DNA of 62,833 nt, the filler included, from Thermoplasmatota archaeon (GTDB lineage: Archaea > Thermoplasmatota > E2 > JACPAO01 > JAHFTW01), in assembly GCA_041623215.1 (NCBI GenBank). It is 17 parts of 17 records of this genome, joined end to end, with 100 filler letters (N's around TTAATTAATTAA, not from the genome) between each part and the next. Parts side by side here need not be neighbours in the genome. Positions count along the whole stretch, not along the records: positions 16,330 to 20,280 come from JBFJXH010000165.1; positions 20,381 to 24,116 come from JBFJXH010000167.1; positions 24,217 to 27,838 come from JBFJXH010000168.1; positions 27,939 to 31,555 come from JBFJXH010000169.1; 13 more parts are not named here. One strand, written 5' to 3'. Position numbers and translations under genes: made by a program. Numbering within the stretch: position 1 is the first letter of the stretch; each line of letters begins with the position of its first letter. The notes below the pieces were generated by a model. The model was not told where the DNA came from. It did not search any database and was given only the letters and a program-made list of their open reading frames with translations. This document shows, piece after piece, positions 19,344-28,958 of this stretch.

Positions 19344-19677
19344 CCGCGGCCGCGGCCTTCTGATGGCGGCGCTGTTCCTGTTTCTAGGGGCCATGCTGTT
19401 CTACGGCCTTGATGCAGGCATTGATGTCGACTTTCTTGGCGGCATAGGAGGGACATTCCTCTTCTTCGCCTTCATCCTCTTCATAGCAGCCCTGTTCTCA
19501 GGCGGCAGTCGCGGAGCGACCCAGCAGCAACAGCAGCAAGTGGTGGTGGTCCGGCGAGGTCGCGGCGGGGCGCCAGCTACCGCCGTACAACGCGTTAAGT
19601 GTCCCTCCTGCACCCGTGTTAACCCGCAGGCATCAACCTATTGCCAACACTGCGGCGCTCATCTAGGAACCGCGTAG
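19336..19677 (+). CDS. Two-TM membrane protein with polyQ motif and zinc ribbon (paralogue 3)
   Basis: ATG 19336 overlaps the upstream gene end; two TM helices, TQQQQQQVVVV, CPSC..YCQHCG. Confidence 0.8.
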   Translation: MADRGRGLLMAALFLFLGAMLFYGLDAGIDVDFLGGIGGTFLFFAFILFIAALFSGGSRGATQQQQQQVVVVRRGRGGAPATAVQRVKCPSCTRVNPQASTYCQHCGAHLGTA

Positions 19678-19813
19678 TCTGTCAGGTGCGCTGGCCCGCG
19701 CCGGGAGAGGGGGGGGGGTGCGCCTGACATCGCGTTGCGTTCGGCTACCCTTTTCGCCCGTGGTCGGCCGCATGATTTTGCCGGCCTCGCCGTTCGTCAA
19801 TGTGAAATTGCCG

Positions 19814-20158
19814 CTAACGCCACGTGGCGTATTGGTCAAAAATTCCCTTAATCTTCTTGACGGCGTCTTCGGGAATCTCCAATTCAACCGCCTTCTCGTT
19901 GAGCCACAGCTTGGCCTCCTTGATGGAGTTCCGGCTGCCCTGGGTGTACAGGGACTGGACAATGGGCCGCCACGTTTCCTCCTCCATGGAAAGGTCGCCC
20001 TCCAAGATTTCACGGACGTCGTACCGGAAGTAGTCCTCCTTCCCCTGGTGGAGCATGCGCTCACGGCTGCGAGACTCGGCGCTGGCCTTGTTGACCTCGT
20101 TATGCCCCGGTCCGCGCTTCTTGCCCGGCTTGATTTTTCGACGCCTTCGACGTGCCAC
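19814..20158 (-). CDS. Conserved-looking hypothetical protein with a basic N-terminus
   Basis: RRRRRKIKPGKKR N-terminus followed by a helical domain; CTTAATA box about 25 nt upstream of GTG 20158. Confidence 0.65.
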   Translation of the reverse strand: MARRRRRKIKPGKKRGPGHNEVNKASAESRSRERMLHQGKEDYFRYDVREILEGDLSMEEETWRPIVQSLYTQGSRNSIKEAKLWLNEKAVELEIPEDAVKKIKGIFDQYATWR

Positions 20159-20381
20159 TAAGCGGGCCAAGGGGCCTCGTATTAAGAGGCCAGGGGTCGC
20201 GGCCACTTACGGGAATGCTTCGCCGGATGGCGTTAGGACAGCGTTGCCGGCCCCCGCAGCACCACCCTTACAAGAGATGCNNNNNNNNNNNNNNNNNNNN
20301 NNNNNNNNNNNNNNNNNNNNNNNNTTAATTAATTAANNNNNNNNNNNNNNNNNNNNNNNNNNNNNNNNNNNNNNNNNNNNC

Positions 20382-20591
20382 AGTCACTGTCGAATTCGAG
20401 ACGCCATCCTGGACAATGGTGTCGATTTGGGCAGTGGTAGCCGCGTCGAAGGGGCGGCCACGGTGGTCGGCAGCGATGCGGTCATCGGCAGTGACGTCCG
20501 CATCGAACCTGGCGCCAAAATAGGCCACGGCGCACGTGTAGCTGATGGACGCACGGTGGGCAATGTGCCCGACGACGGGGTGGCGGTCTAA
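20382..20591 (+). CDS. GlmU-like sugar nucleotidyltransferase/acetyltransferase, C-terminal hexapeptide-repeat fragment (not in ORF track)
   Basis: Translation ..IRDAILDNGVDLG..TVVGSDAVIGSDVRIEPGAKIGHGARV..VPDDGVAV*; TAATG stop/start overlap with glmS. Confidence 0.75.
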   Translation, partial: SHCRIRDAILDNGVDLGSGSRVEGAATVVGSDAVIGSDVRIEPGAKIGHGARVADGRTVGNVPDDGVAV

Positions 20592-22405
20592 TGTGCGGCA
20601 TTGTGGGTATCCATGGCCTCGTCGAGGCTAACCGGCACGTCCGGGAAGGCTTGGCACGGCTCGAATACCGGGGCTATGACTCGGCCGGTATTGCCTGGCT
20701 GGACGAACACGGCGTCGAAGTCGTCAAGGCCGTCGGCCGCGTTAGCAACCTACCCGCCATCGACGCAACGGGCGACACCGTAGCCATCGGCCACACACGA
20801 TGGGCCACGCACGGAGGTGTCACCGAGGAGAATGCCCATCCGCATCTTGATGGCACGGGGCACTTCGCGGTTGTGCACAACGGCACGCTAGAAGGCCACC
20901 ACCGCCTCCGCAAGGACCTGACCGACGACGGCGCGACCCTTCGAAGCGACACAGACACCGAGGTGCTGGCGCATCGCTATGAACGGGCGAGGCGGCACCA
21001 ACCCCCACTCGAAGCTCTTCGTGCCACGCTCGATGGCCTTGATGGAAGTTGGGCGACCGTCCTGCTTGATGGTGAGGCCGAAGCGCTTGCCTTTGCCTGC
21101 ATGCGTACCCCCCTCGTACTGGGTCGAACCAAGGATGGCGCCACAATTCTGGCCAGTGATATCACAGCCATCGTGGGCCATACGCGTGATGTGGTGTTCC
21201 TCGAAGACGGCGACCATGGTGTGGTGGATGGCTCCGGGGTCCATCTCTATGACGGCAACGGCGACGCCAAGCCGCTTCAGACTGTCCACGTCGAGTGGGA
21301 CATCAGGGAAGCCGAAAAGGCGGGCCATGCTCACTACATGCTCAAGGAAATTCACGACGCACCCGGCGCCTTGAATCAATGCCTGGCGGGTCGAATTCGC
21401 CACGGCCCACTCCACATTGACACCGGTCTTGACGCCACGATGCTAGATTCCATTCGGCGTGTGCGACTTGTAGCGTGCGGAACGAGCCACCATGCAGCGC
21501 TTATGGGGCAGCACTTCCTGGAAGCTTGGGCTGGCATCCCCACGGAGGTCCACGTCGCCAGCGACGTCCGCGAACGGCCGTTTTTGGACGAGGACGGGAT
21601 TCTTTACATCGGCATAAGCCAAAGCGGTGAAACTCTTGACACGTTGGAAGCGCTGCGGTTTGCCACCCGTCGGGGCTACCCACTCGTGGCCATTACCAAT
21701 GTGCAGGGAAGCAGCCTGTACCGCCTGGCAGACCAAGCGATGCTCACCCGGGTCGGTCCGGAGATTGGCGTCGCAGCAACCAAGACCCTCATTGGTCAGG
21801 TCACGTGCTTGGCGCTTCTAGCGCTACAATGGGGCCAGCGCAACCACCATTTGCCGCTGGAGCGCCTCCGCGACGTGGTGGCTCACCTGGAGCATTTGCC
21901 CCGCGTCGCTGAGGCGGTACTCGAATCCGACGAGGCGTGGCAAGCAATCGGACACGACCTTGCGCGCCAACGAGACCTGTTCTTCCTCGGCAGGGGAATC
22001 CATGTCGCCACGGCCCTCGAAGCGGCGCTCAAGTTCAAGGAAATCACCTACTTGCATGCTGAGGGCTTCGGCGCGGCCGAGTTGAAGCACGGTCCGTTCG
22101 CCTTGTTGGCCCCCGAGACGCCCTGCCTGTTTTTCCTCACCAAGGGCGACCGCCGAACGGTCGGTAACATCCTTGAGGTGCAGGCACGCGGAGCCCCCTG
22201 CTATCTTGTGGCTCAACCGAGTGAGGTGTTGCAAGATCTAGCGGGCAGTGTGGAAGCCGTCCAGACCGTTCCCGACACGCACGAGCTGCTGGCCACCATC
22301 CCCTTTGCCATCGCGGGACAACTCATCAGCTACCACGCAGCAGCGGCCCTCGGGCGGGACATTGACAAGCCACGAAACCTTGCAAAATCGGTCACGGTAG
22401 AGTGA
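20591..22405 (+). CDS. glmS: Glutamine--fructose-6-phosphate aminotransferase
   Basis: MCGIVG, LEYRGYDSAG, GHTRWATHG, SQSGET, ELKHGP, PRNLAKSVTVE. Confidence 0.98.
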   Translation: MCGIVGIHGLVEANRHVREGLARLEYRGYDSAGIAWLDEHGVEVVKAVGRVSNLPAIDATGDTVAIGHTRWATHGGVTEENAHPHLDGTGHFAVVHNGTLEGHHRLRKDLTDDGATLRSDTDTEVLAHRYERARRHQPPLEALRATLDGLDGSWATVLLDGEAEALAFACMRTPLVLGRTKDGATILASDITAIVGHTRDVVFLEDGDHGVVDGSGVHLYDGNGDAKPLQTVHVEWDIREAEKAGHAHYMLKEIHDAPGALNQCLAGRIRHGPLHIDTGLDATMLDSIRRVRLVACGTSHHAALMGQHFLEAWAGIPTEVHVASDVRERPFLDEDGILYIGISQSGETLDTLEALRFATRRGYPLVAITNVQGSSLYRLADQAMLTRVGPEIGVAATKTLIGQVTCLALLALQWGQRNHHLPLERLRDVVAHLEHLPRVAEAVLESDEAWQAIGHDLARQRDLFFLGRGIHVATALEAALKFKEITYLHAEGFGAAELKHGPFALLAPETPCLFFLTKGDRRTVGNILEVQARGAPCYLVAQPSEVLQDLAGSVEAVQTVPDTHELLATIPFAIAGQLISYHAAAALGRDIDKPRNLAKSVTVE

Positions 22406-22502
22406 ATTCAACGCCGAGGCGAACCGCGTTACTGCATCCAACCCATTAAGAGCCATCACAAGGTCCCGCGCCAGCCGCCGACTCTGGGGGCAAGGGTCCT
22501 CT

Positions 22503-23489
22503 ATGAACCTCGAATCCGTGATGCGTCCGTATTTGGACCAGTTCAACGCCGAACTCGAGAAGTATCTGTTTCTGCGAAAGCCGGAGCCGCTCTACGAGGC
22601 TATTCGCCACTTGCCCTTCGAGGGCGGGGGTAAGCGCCTGCGCCCCATCGCGGCCATTTTAGCGGCCCAAGCGGTTGGCGGCGACTCCAAGAAGATCATG
22701 CCTTACGGCGTTGCTTTGGAGGTGCTGCACAACTTCACCCTGATTCACGATGACATCATGGATGAGTGCGACACGCGGCGCGGCGTGGATGCGGTCCACA
22801 GCAAATTTGGCTCCAACCTGGGCATGCTCGCTGGCGACACGATGTTCGCCATTGTCTTCGAATTGATGGGCCACCTCGAGATTGAGGACGCCATGTTCCG
22901 TTCGGTCAACCTTGACCTGGCGCGCCTGGCGCGCGAGGTCTGTGAAGGCCAATACTGGGACATGCACTTTGAGACGGTCAAGAAGATTGACGAGATGGAC
23001 TACTACCACATGATTGAGCGCAAGACCGCCACGTTCTTCGAAATCGCCATGAAGAATGGCGCGGAGCTGGGCGGCGGCGACCACAACCAGGTCAAGAAAT
23101 TAGCCGAGTGCGGGCGTTTGCTGGGCTTGGCCTTCCAAGTCTGGGACGATGTTCTTGGTGTCACCGGGACGGACGAGGAAACCGGCAAGCCAACGTTTAG
23201 TGACATCGTCAACGACAAGAAGACGCTCGTCTATGTGGCTACCCATAAGGCGCTGGACCCGCTCGACCGACGCACCCTCGTGGACCTCTACAAGAAGGAG
23301 GACAAATCGGCTGAGGACATCCAGACGATTCTGAAGTTCATGGAGAAGTCCGGCGGCCTCGATTTCGCGAAGAAGCGCGCCAAGGAATTCAGCAGCTTTG
23401 CCAAGGCGACGCTAACCGAGTTGCCGGACACGGCGGCTAAGCGTATTCTGGGCATGGTGGCTGAATTCGCGAGCAACCGGACGTCCTAA
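22503..23489 (+). CDS. idsA: Short-chain polyprenyl (geranylgeranyl) diphosphate synthase, archaeal type
   Basis: GGKRLRP, HNFTLIHDDIMD..RRG (bulky Phe upstream of the first Asp-rich motif), GQYWDM, KTA, AFQVWDDVLG, GKP..SDI. Confidence 0.9.
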   Translation: MNLESVMRPYLDQFNAELEKYLFLRKPEPLYEAIRHLPFEGGGKRLRPIAAILAAQAVGGDSKKIMPYGVALEVLHNFTLIHDDIMDECDTRRGVDAVHSKFGSNLGMLAGDTMFAIVFELMGHLEIEDAMFRSVNLDLARLAREVCEGQYWDMHFETVKKIDEMDYYHMIERKTATFFEIAMKNGAELGGGDHNQVKKLAECGRLLGLAFQVWDDVLGVTGTDEETGKPTFSDIVNDKKTLVYVATHKALDPLDRRTLVDLYKKEDKSAEDIQTILKFMEKSGGLDFAKKRAKEFSSFAKATLTELPDTAAKRILGMVAEFASNRTS

Positions 23490-23578
23490 GCCGCCAGCTC
23501 GGCCCCTGCGTAGGCGGGGCGTCGGGGCCTCCAACGCTCCATCAGGTAAGGTCTGCTGCGGCGCTTCCTCGTGATTCG

Positions 23579-24116
23579 CTACTGGTCCGTGCCAAGGGCG
23601 TTTCCGACTTGTTTGCGAGGATAGCCCTCGGGGACGGGACGGCCCCATACTCGTTGCTCGGTCATGTTGGCAGTGATGACCTCGTCGTCGCCGACAATGC
23701 AATCGTACAGCTCCGTGCCTGGTGCGACCGTCACCCCGTCGCCTAGGACGCACCCTCGAAGTACGCAGCCTGCACCGACGGTAACCTCGTCCCCGCCCAC
23801 GGAGTCAATGATTTTGGCACCGGGGTCAATGTTGCAGCCACGACCGAACGAGCGCTCCGGGTCAAGTCGACGGCTGGCTCGCAGCAAGCGTTTGGGGTCA
23901 CCAACGTCAATCCAGGACCCTTCGAACGGTACGCCGTAGAAGCCAGCGTCCAGCAGCTGCGGGAAAACTTCCTTCTCCATGGATACCAGTTTCCCTGCCG
24001 GCACGAGGTCCAATACGTCTCGCTGCAACAGATAGGCGCCGGCGTTGATGAAGCGGCTCGGGGCTTGGCTCGGGTCGGCCGGCTTTTCCACAAACTCGCG
24101 AATTCTGCGCGGGTCG
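23579..24116 (-). CDS. NDP-sugar pyrophosphorylase (mannose-1-P guanylyltransferase-like), 5' truncated
   Basis: FVEKP, INAGAY, SMEKEVFP, WIDVG, C-terminal hexapeptide repeats. Confidence 0.88.
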
Positions 24117-24216
24117 NNNNNNNNNNNNNNNNNNNNNNNNNNNNNNNNNNNNNNNNNNNNTTAATTAATTAANNNNNNNNNNNNNNNNNNNNNNNNNNNN
24201 NNNNNNNNNNNNNNNN

Positions 24217-24836
24217 CATCGCTGGAGAAGATCTTGCGCCTCGAGCCCGACATCGTTCTCGCCGACAAAGACGAGAATCCGAAGGCGCTCGTGGAGGCGC
24301 TGGAGGAAGCTGGCGTGCCGGTGCTCTGGTCCGCGATTGACACCTTGGACGACGTGGAGGCGTGGCTCTCCGAGCTTGCCCAAGCCCTCGGGGTGGTTGA
24401 GATTGGACAACAAGAAGTGCAGCGGCTGGCCAACGTCCGCGCCGAGATTCGGCAGGCGGCTGCAGCACCGGTTGGCGTGTTTTGTCCCATTTGGTATGAC
24501 CCGTGGATGACGTTTGATGCAACGGCGTATCCGCACGCCGTTCTTGCGGAGTTAGGATTCGTTAACGCCTTCGCCGACCACGAAGGCCCAAAGTACTTCC
24601 ATGTCACACCCCGCGAAGTGGAAGCCAGTAATGCCCAGTGGACCTTACTGCCGACCGAGCCCTATCCATTCCACAAGCGCCTTGACGCAGTAAACACGAC
24701 CGAGCTTGGCCCAGCCGGAACGGCCTCCCGCGTCGTTCTGATTGACGGCGAGGCCCTGACTTGGTTTGGCACGCGGGCCGCCGCCGGTTTGCAGCGCCTG
24801 CGTGAACAGCTATCGGGCCTCGGGCAAGTCGCGTAA
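24217..24836 (+). CDS. Helical-backbone (BtuF/cobalamin-iron type) substrate-binding protein, 5' truncated
   Basis: LEKILRLEPDIVLADKDEN, CPIWYDPWM, LPTEPYPF, IDGEALTWFG. Confidence 0.8.
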
Positions 24837-24964
24837 GCCACCAGGCATCGCGGCGCCCTAGAGCCAGGCGTGCAGCGGCGGCCTAGCCGCCGAAGCGCCG
24901 CGGCGGGAAGGAAGAGCAGGGGAAGGCGAGGAGATGCCTCTGAAACTTGCTGTCGTGGCGCAAC

Positions 24965-26932
24965 CTAGCGCCGGCGGCCGTTGACGCCGGAGCGCAGGCC
25001 GATGGCGACGGCAGCCGCAGCGAGGGCGGCAAGTGTCAAGGCGACCCCGGGTGCGGGGATACCATCGTCGGGCTCAGTTGCCTTGGCGCGCGCGGCGGGG
25101 TCGTACGGACCGAGACCGCCTCCAAGATCCTCAAAGTCGGACGAGCCGTCACCGCCGGCCATCGAGACATCTTCTCCGGCGGCGGCGGTGCCTCCGGCGG
25201 TTGCCGTGGGTGGCCGAGGCGAGCCTGAACTACTTGTACCGTCGGCCGCGTCATCGCGTGCCATTTCGACATCGGTGGCGTAGGCAATCTCTGGGTGGCC
25301 ACCGTAGCCGTAGAAGCAGCAGCCGCCATCGGCCGATTTGCCAGGCGTGAGGCGGACGTCGAACGGCGTTTCACCGGCCTTCAACGACAAGGTTCCCTGC
25401 CACGGCAGATAGCCCTCGGCCCATACCGTCACGTGGTGGTAGCCGCTTCGCAGGCGGACCTTGTAACTGCCATCGCCGTCGGTCGTGGCCCATGCGTGGC
25501 CGTACGTGAGTTGATTCGAGAACTCAATGCGTGCGCCCGAGATGGCCGTGTCGGCACTGTCATCGATGATGTAGCCGCTGACGGTTGCATCGGGGGCCGG
25601 GCGCGGCTGCAGGCGGATGGTTAGTTCGGTTGTTCCATTGGCGGCCAACGTTAGCGTTTGCGTGAAGGCAAGGTATTGTTGACCACATTCGCGGCGCAGA
25701 CTACCATCCGAATCGCGGCTTTCCGAGCAAGTGCGCCAGTGTTCGTGGTGGGCGCTGACGATGGTGTAGCCGGGCGTGACTCGGCCTTCGAACGTGCCGT
25801 CCTTGCGAACCACAATGGCACAATGCTCGTTGCGCTCGCTCTCAGGGGCGCTACACTCCCAAATGCCAAACTCAGGCTGGCGGAAGTTGAGGCCAACTGA
25901 GGTGATGGCGGAGCCGGTCTGGGCGTCAACCACGCGGCCAATGACATGGGCCGTCTTGTCAGGGAACTTCTTGAGGACAACATCGTGTTCGGTGGTGGTG
26001 CCGGCCGTCAGTTGCAGTCCTTCGTAGTGGCTGGCGTAGCCGTCCTTCCAGATGTTGAAGTTGGCATGGCCGGAGAACACCTTGAGCGTGTAACGACCAT
26101 TGGCATCGGTCCGGGTCTCCGAGTGTCCGCCGGGGTACGGTTCGGGTCGGGCAATTGACACCGCATAGTCCTCCTCCATGGTGTCACCGCTGGCGGGTTT
26201 GGGCGCCTCGTCATCAGCCAAGTAGTAGCAGTCGTAGCAGCCATCCTGCCAAACCGACACGCGGGCTGCAGCTACCGGTTCACCATGTTGGTCCGTCACC
26301 AGACCGGTCAGAGTCACGTCACGCTGCGGGTCCGCCTTCACGCTCCATCGCAGCGTATTTTCGCCGTCAACAAAACGCCAATCGCTGCGCGCGGCATGGT
26401 CGTCGGCGCGAACGTCAATGTGGTACCAGCCGGCGGGAATGGCCACGGAGAACGCCCCATTGTCAATGGTGGCCTCCCACTCGCCGGTGGCCCCGCCAAA
26501 CAGGACGGTCCCAGTCGTTGGCGAGCCCGAGCTGCTGATTACGGACCCTTGCGCCTCAATGGTCAAGGGTTCGATGAACAGTTCCCCGAGGCCGCCCGCC
26601 TGAATCTTGATGTCTTGCTCAAGCGGCTCGAAGCCGGCGCGAGTTACATTGACTTTGTAGTCGCCTTCGGGCGCTGTGATGACGAAGGCCCCTTCCCTGT
26701 CTGTTCGGGTCTCGTACCGAGCGTTGTCATCGGTGGGCAAGGAAATGGCGGGTTTCTCGGTAAAGACAAGAGCGGCACCCGGAATGCCTGGGTGGCATCG
26801 ATCCCCCGCGCCCGCGCCGCAAACAATCCCCTTGGCTTCAACCGTGGCATCGTTTTGGGCAGTGGCTAGCTCGTTGGGCAGAAACAAAAGTGCGGACGTC
26901 AGCAGCAAGGCGACGACGAACGTAGTTCGCAT
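24965..26932 (-). CDS. Surface protein with multiple carboxypeptidase-regulatory-like (transthyretin/Cna-B-like) beta-sandwich repeats and C-terminal anchor
   Basis: Signal peptide MRTTFVVALLLTSALL; repeated TDxxGxY/F..GxYxVxVxxxGY units; C-terminus GIPAPG-hydrophobic-RRR; TTTATC box near 26958-26963 on the minus strand. Confidence 0.8.
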   Translation of the reverse strand: MRTTFVVALLLTSALLFLPNELATAQNDATVEAKGIVCGAGAGDRCHPGIPGAALVFTEKPAISLPTDDNARYETRTDREGAFVITAPEGDYKVNVTRAGFEPLEQDIKIQAGGLGELFIEPLTIEAQGSVISSSGSPTTGTVLFGGATGEWEATIDNGAFSVAIPAGWYHIDVRADDHAARSDWRFVDGENTLRWSVKADPQRDVTLTGLVTDQHGEPVAAARVSVWQDGCYDCYYLADDEAPKPASGDTMEEDYAVSIARPEPYPGGHSETRTDANGRYTLKVFSGHANFNIWKDGYASHYEGLQLTAGTTTEHDVVLKKFPDKTAHVIGRVVDAQTGSAITSVGLNFRQPEFGIWECSAPESERNEHCAIVVRKDGTFEGRVTPGYTIVSAHHEHWRTCSESRDSDGSLRRECGQQYLAFTQTLTLAANGTTELTIRLQPRPAPDATVSGYIIDDSADTAISGARIEFSNQLTYGHAWATTDGDGSYKVRLRSGYHHVTVWAEGYLPWQGTLSLKAGETPFDVRLTPGKSADGGCCFYGYGGHPEIAYATDVEMARDDAADGTSSSGSPRPPTATAGGTAAAGEDVSMAGGDGSSDFEDLGGGLGPYDPAARAKATEPDDGIPAPGVALTLAALAAAAVAIGLRSGVNGRRR

Positions 26933-27048
26933 AGGACCCCATGGGTCACCGGTCATAGATAAAGGCGGGGCGGCCGTTGGGTTTGACCCCGACAATCATC
27001 GAGCGGGGTTGGCATAGGAGGGGCTGCGTTGATTGCTTGGCCCGGTTT

Positions 27049-27310
27049 GCCTTGGCAGGCCCCCTACAACCCACCGGCCGCGTGCCACCCGCCTCCCCGA
27101 GCCGCCCCAGGCGGCACTTAGCCGACGGCCGGAAGGCCACTCTCGGCAAACAAACGACAGGGCCTAGCACCCCAAAGGGTGCCCGCCTCCCGCAACGCGG
27201 GAGGCGGGCGGTGGTGGTGGGTGGTAGGTGGTAGTAATCCTGAAGCCCCTGGTATTCCGGGGCTGAATGTACCTTCGTCTTCCAAGGTATTAGAATCCTT
27301 TGGAAGTCCC
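27049..27310. other. Highly structured intergenic region (candidate ncRNA/3'UTR element)
   Basis: Several hairpins, including a 13-bp perfect stem at 27181-27209, plus long-range complement 27063-27075/27216-27228. Confidence 0.4.
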
Positions 27311-27333
27311 GTCGAACATTGCCAGTGCAACCA

Positions 27334-27838
27334 CTACATCTCATCGAGACAAGGCAGGCCCAATGCCTCATGGGCGGCCCCTAACGCGGCCTTGGCGGCC
27401 TGTACCGTCGCGAGGCGAACGCGCTGGGCCGCAACATCGTCGCAGGCTAGCACGGGCCGGTCCCGGTAGTAGGAAGTAAACGAACTAGCCAATTCCAACG
27501 CATAGGAGCAAAACCGATGCGGTGCGGCCTCGTCGCACGCCTCTTTGGCCTCCCGTGAAAAACGGGCCACGAGAGCCAGTAGGTCGTATTCCGGCTCTCC
27601 CAGCTTGGCAAGCTCGGCGTCCGTTAACGAAGCCGTGCCCGAGGCATCAAGCCCAGCCGCCTCGGCATTGCGAAGCAAGCTAGCTGCTCGGGCATGCGCG
27701 TACATGAGATACGGCGCCGAGTCCCCATCAAACGAAAGGGCCTCTTCCCACCGGAATTGGATGGGCTTCTCAGGCTGGACCTTGGCGATGTTAAACCGAA
27801 TCGCTGCGATGCCAACCGCCTCGGCAATGGCGTCTCGC
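27334..27838 (-). CDS. argS: Arginyl-tRNA synthetase, C-terminal anticodon-binding fragment
   Basis: AVGIAAIRFNIAK..FRWEEALSFDGDSAPYLMYAHARAASLL, PHRFCSYALELASSFTSYY, LGL..DEM. Confidence 0.92.
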
Positions 27839-27938
27839 NNNNNNNNNNNNNNNNNNNNNNNNNNNNNNNNNNNNNNNNNNNNTTAATTAATTAANNNNNN
27901 NNNNNNNNNNNNNNNNNNNNNNNNNNNNNNNNNNNNNN

Positions 27939-28262
27939 GATGAGGAATGGAGCTTTGCGGTCAATGAAACCGCCTCGAGTATCCGGGCCGTCATTGACCT
28001 CGACCTCGATGAATCGCTAACGGCCATCTGGAGTTGCATTCAGGCGGTGCTCAGCGACGGCTCCGGCCAGCAGTTGACCGCCGGGGGCGATGCTGGATTC
28101 CGCCTCATAGAGGACGGTGGCGAACGCAAGCTACTGGTCTACGAGTGGATGGCGACTGACGGCGAAGCGCCGGACTGGGCGGCCGGCGACTGGGTCCTCA
28201 CGCTGCACAGTCAACAAGGCAAGGGCGTCTACGAAACCACCTTCGAGGTCCTCTACGCTTGA
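27939..28262 (+). CDS. Hypothetical protein, 3' fragment
   Basis: Open frame ending AGDWVLTLHSQQGKGVYETTFEVLYA, similar in style to the downstream gene's PGEWHLVFD..YEVRVEG. Confidence 0.55.
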   Translation, partial: DEEWSFAVNETASSIRAVIDLDLDESLTAIWSCIQAVLSDGSGQQLTAGGDAGFRLIEDGGERKLLVYEWMATDGEAPDWAAGDWVLTLHSQQGKGVYETTFEVLYA

Positions 28263-28326
28263 AGCAAGTGACCAAAATCAAACCCGCTCGCCACAAAGCA
28301 AGGCGTCCTCGCTCCGATGCCTCGGC

Positions 28327-28905
28327 ATGACCCGAATGGTGTTCATCTTGGCCTTGTCCCTCTTTTCCTTCGCCCTTGCGGGATGCTTGGCTGGCGGCCC
28401 GCAGGAAGCCAGCCTCGACGACGAACCTGGGGCCGAGGCGGAACCATCTGCGACCGCCGGCCACTTCGATGCGTCACCAAGTGGCCCATCGCACAGGGAG
28501 CTCTCCCTCAGCTCCAAAGGCAACGTCTTGGGACCCTACTCCAATCACTGGTCATGGCAAGTTGAGGATGCCATGTTTGACTCCTACGCGGTGACGCTTT
28601 GGATCGGCGGCTATGGACCTGCCGAGTCGGGCGGCAGCGGTGCCTTCGTGGATGTTGAAGCTCGATTGATTGATGGAAGCGGCACCGTGGTGAGCGAATA
28701 CTTGAGCAATGCCGACGCGGGCGGCTGGGGCGATGTCCTTCAGTACCACGTTGCCCGAACGCACGTAGCCCCAGGGGAGTGGCACTTGGTCTTTGATACG
28801 GCAGGCGGGGTCGCTTCCTACGAGGTTCGCGTCGAGGGCCACTATCTCATCCCGGCGCCAACCATCGCTTCCAGCGACCCTGCCGCCGACGCCAGCACCC
28901 CGTAG
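28327..28905 (+). CDS. Hypothetical lipoprotein (beta-sandwich)
   Basis: Lipobox-like LAGCL after a hydrophobic signal; ATG 28327. Confidence 0.7.
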   Translation: MTRMVFILALSLFSFALAGCLAGGPQEASLDDEPGAEAEPSATAGHFDASPSGPSHRELSLSSKGNVLGPYSNHWSWQVEDAMFDSYAVTLWIGGYGPAESGGSGAFVDVEARLIDGSGTVVSEYLSNADAGGWGDVLQYHVARTHVAPGEWHLVFDTAGGVASYEVRVEGHYLIPAPTIASSDPAADASTP

Positions 28906-28958
28906 CTTGCCATTTGGAAACCCCAACCGGCTTGACCTTCTACCGCCTAAGTCATTGT

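Noticed and set aside
19704..19718. Poly-G run as a phase-variation tract
   Set aside because: It lies between convergent gene ends, not in a CDS or promoter, so no supported function.
27049..27310. SRP RNA or RNase P RNA
   Set aside because: GGCC-GGAA-GGCC lacks the flanking SRP helix-8 internal loop (CAGG..AGCAG), and no RNase P P4 consensus pair was found on either strand; kept only as an unknown structured element.
26946..27469. Short ORFs predicted in the argS downstream gap
   Set aside because: Low-complexity translations with no motif, overlapping argS or hairpin-rich sequence.
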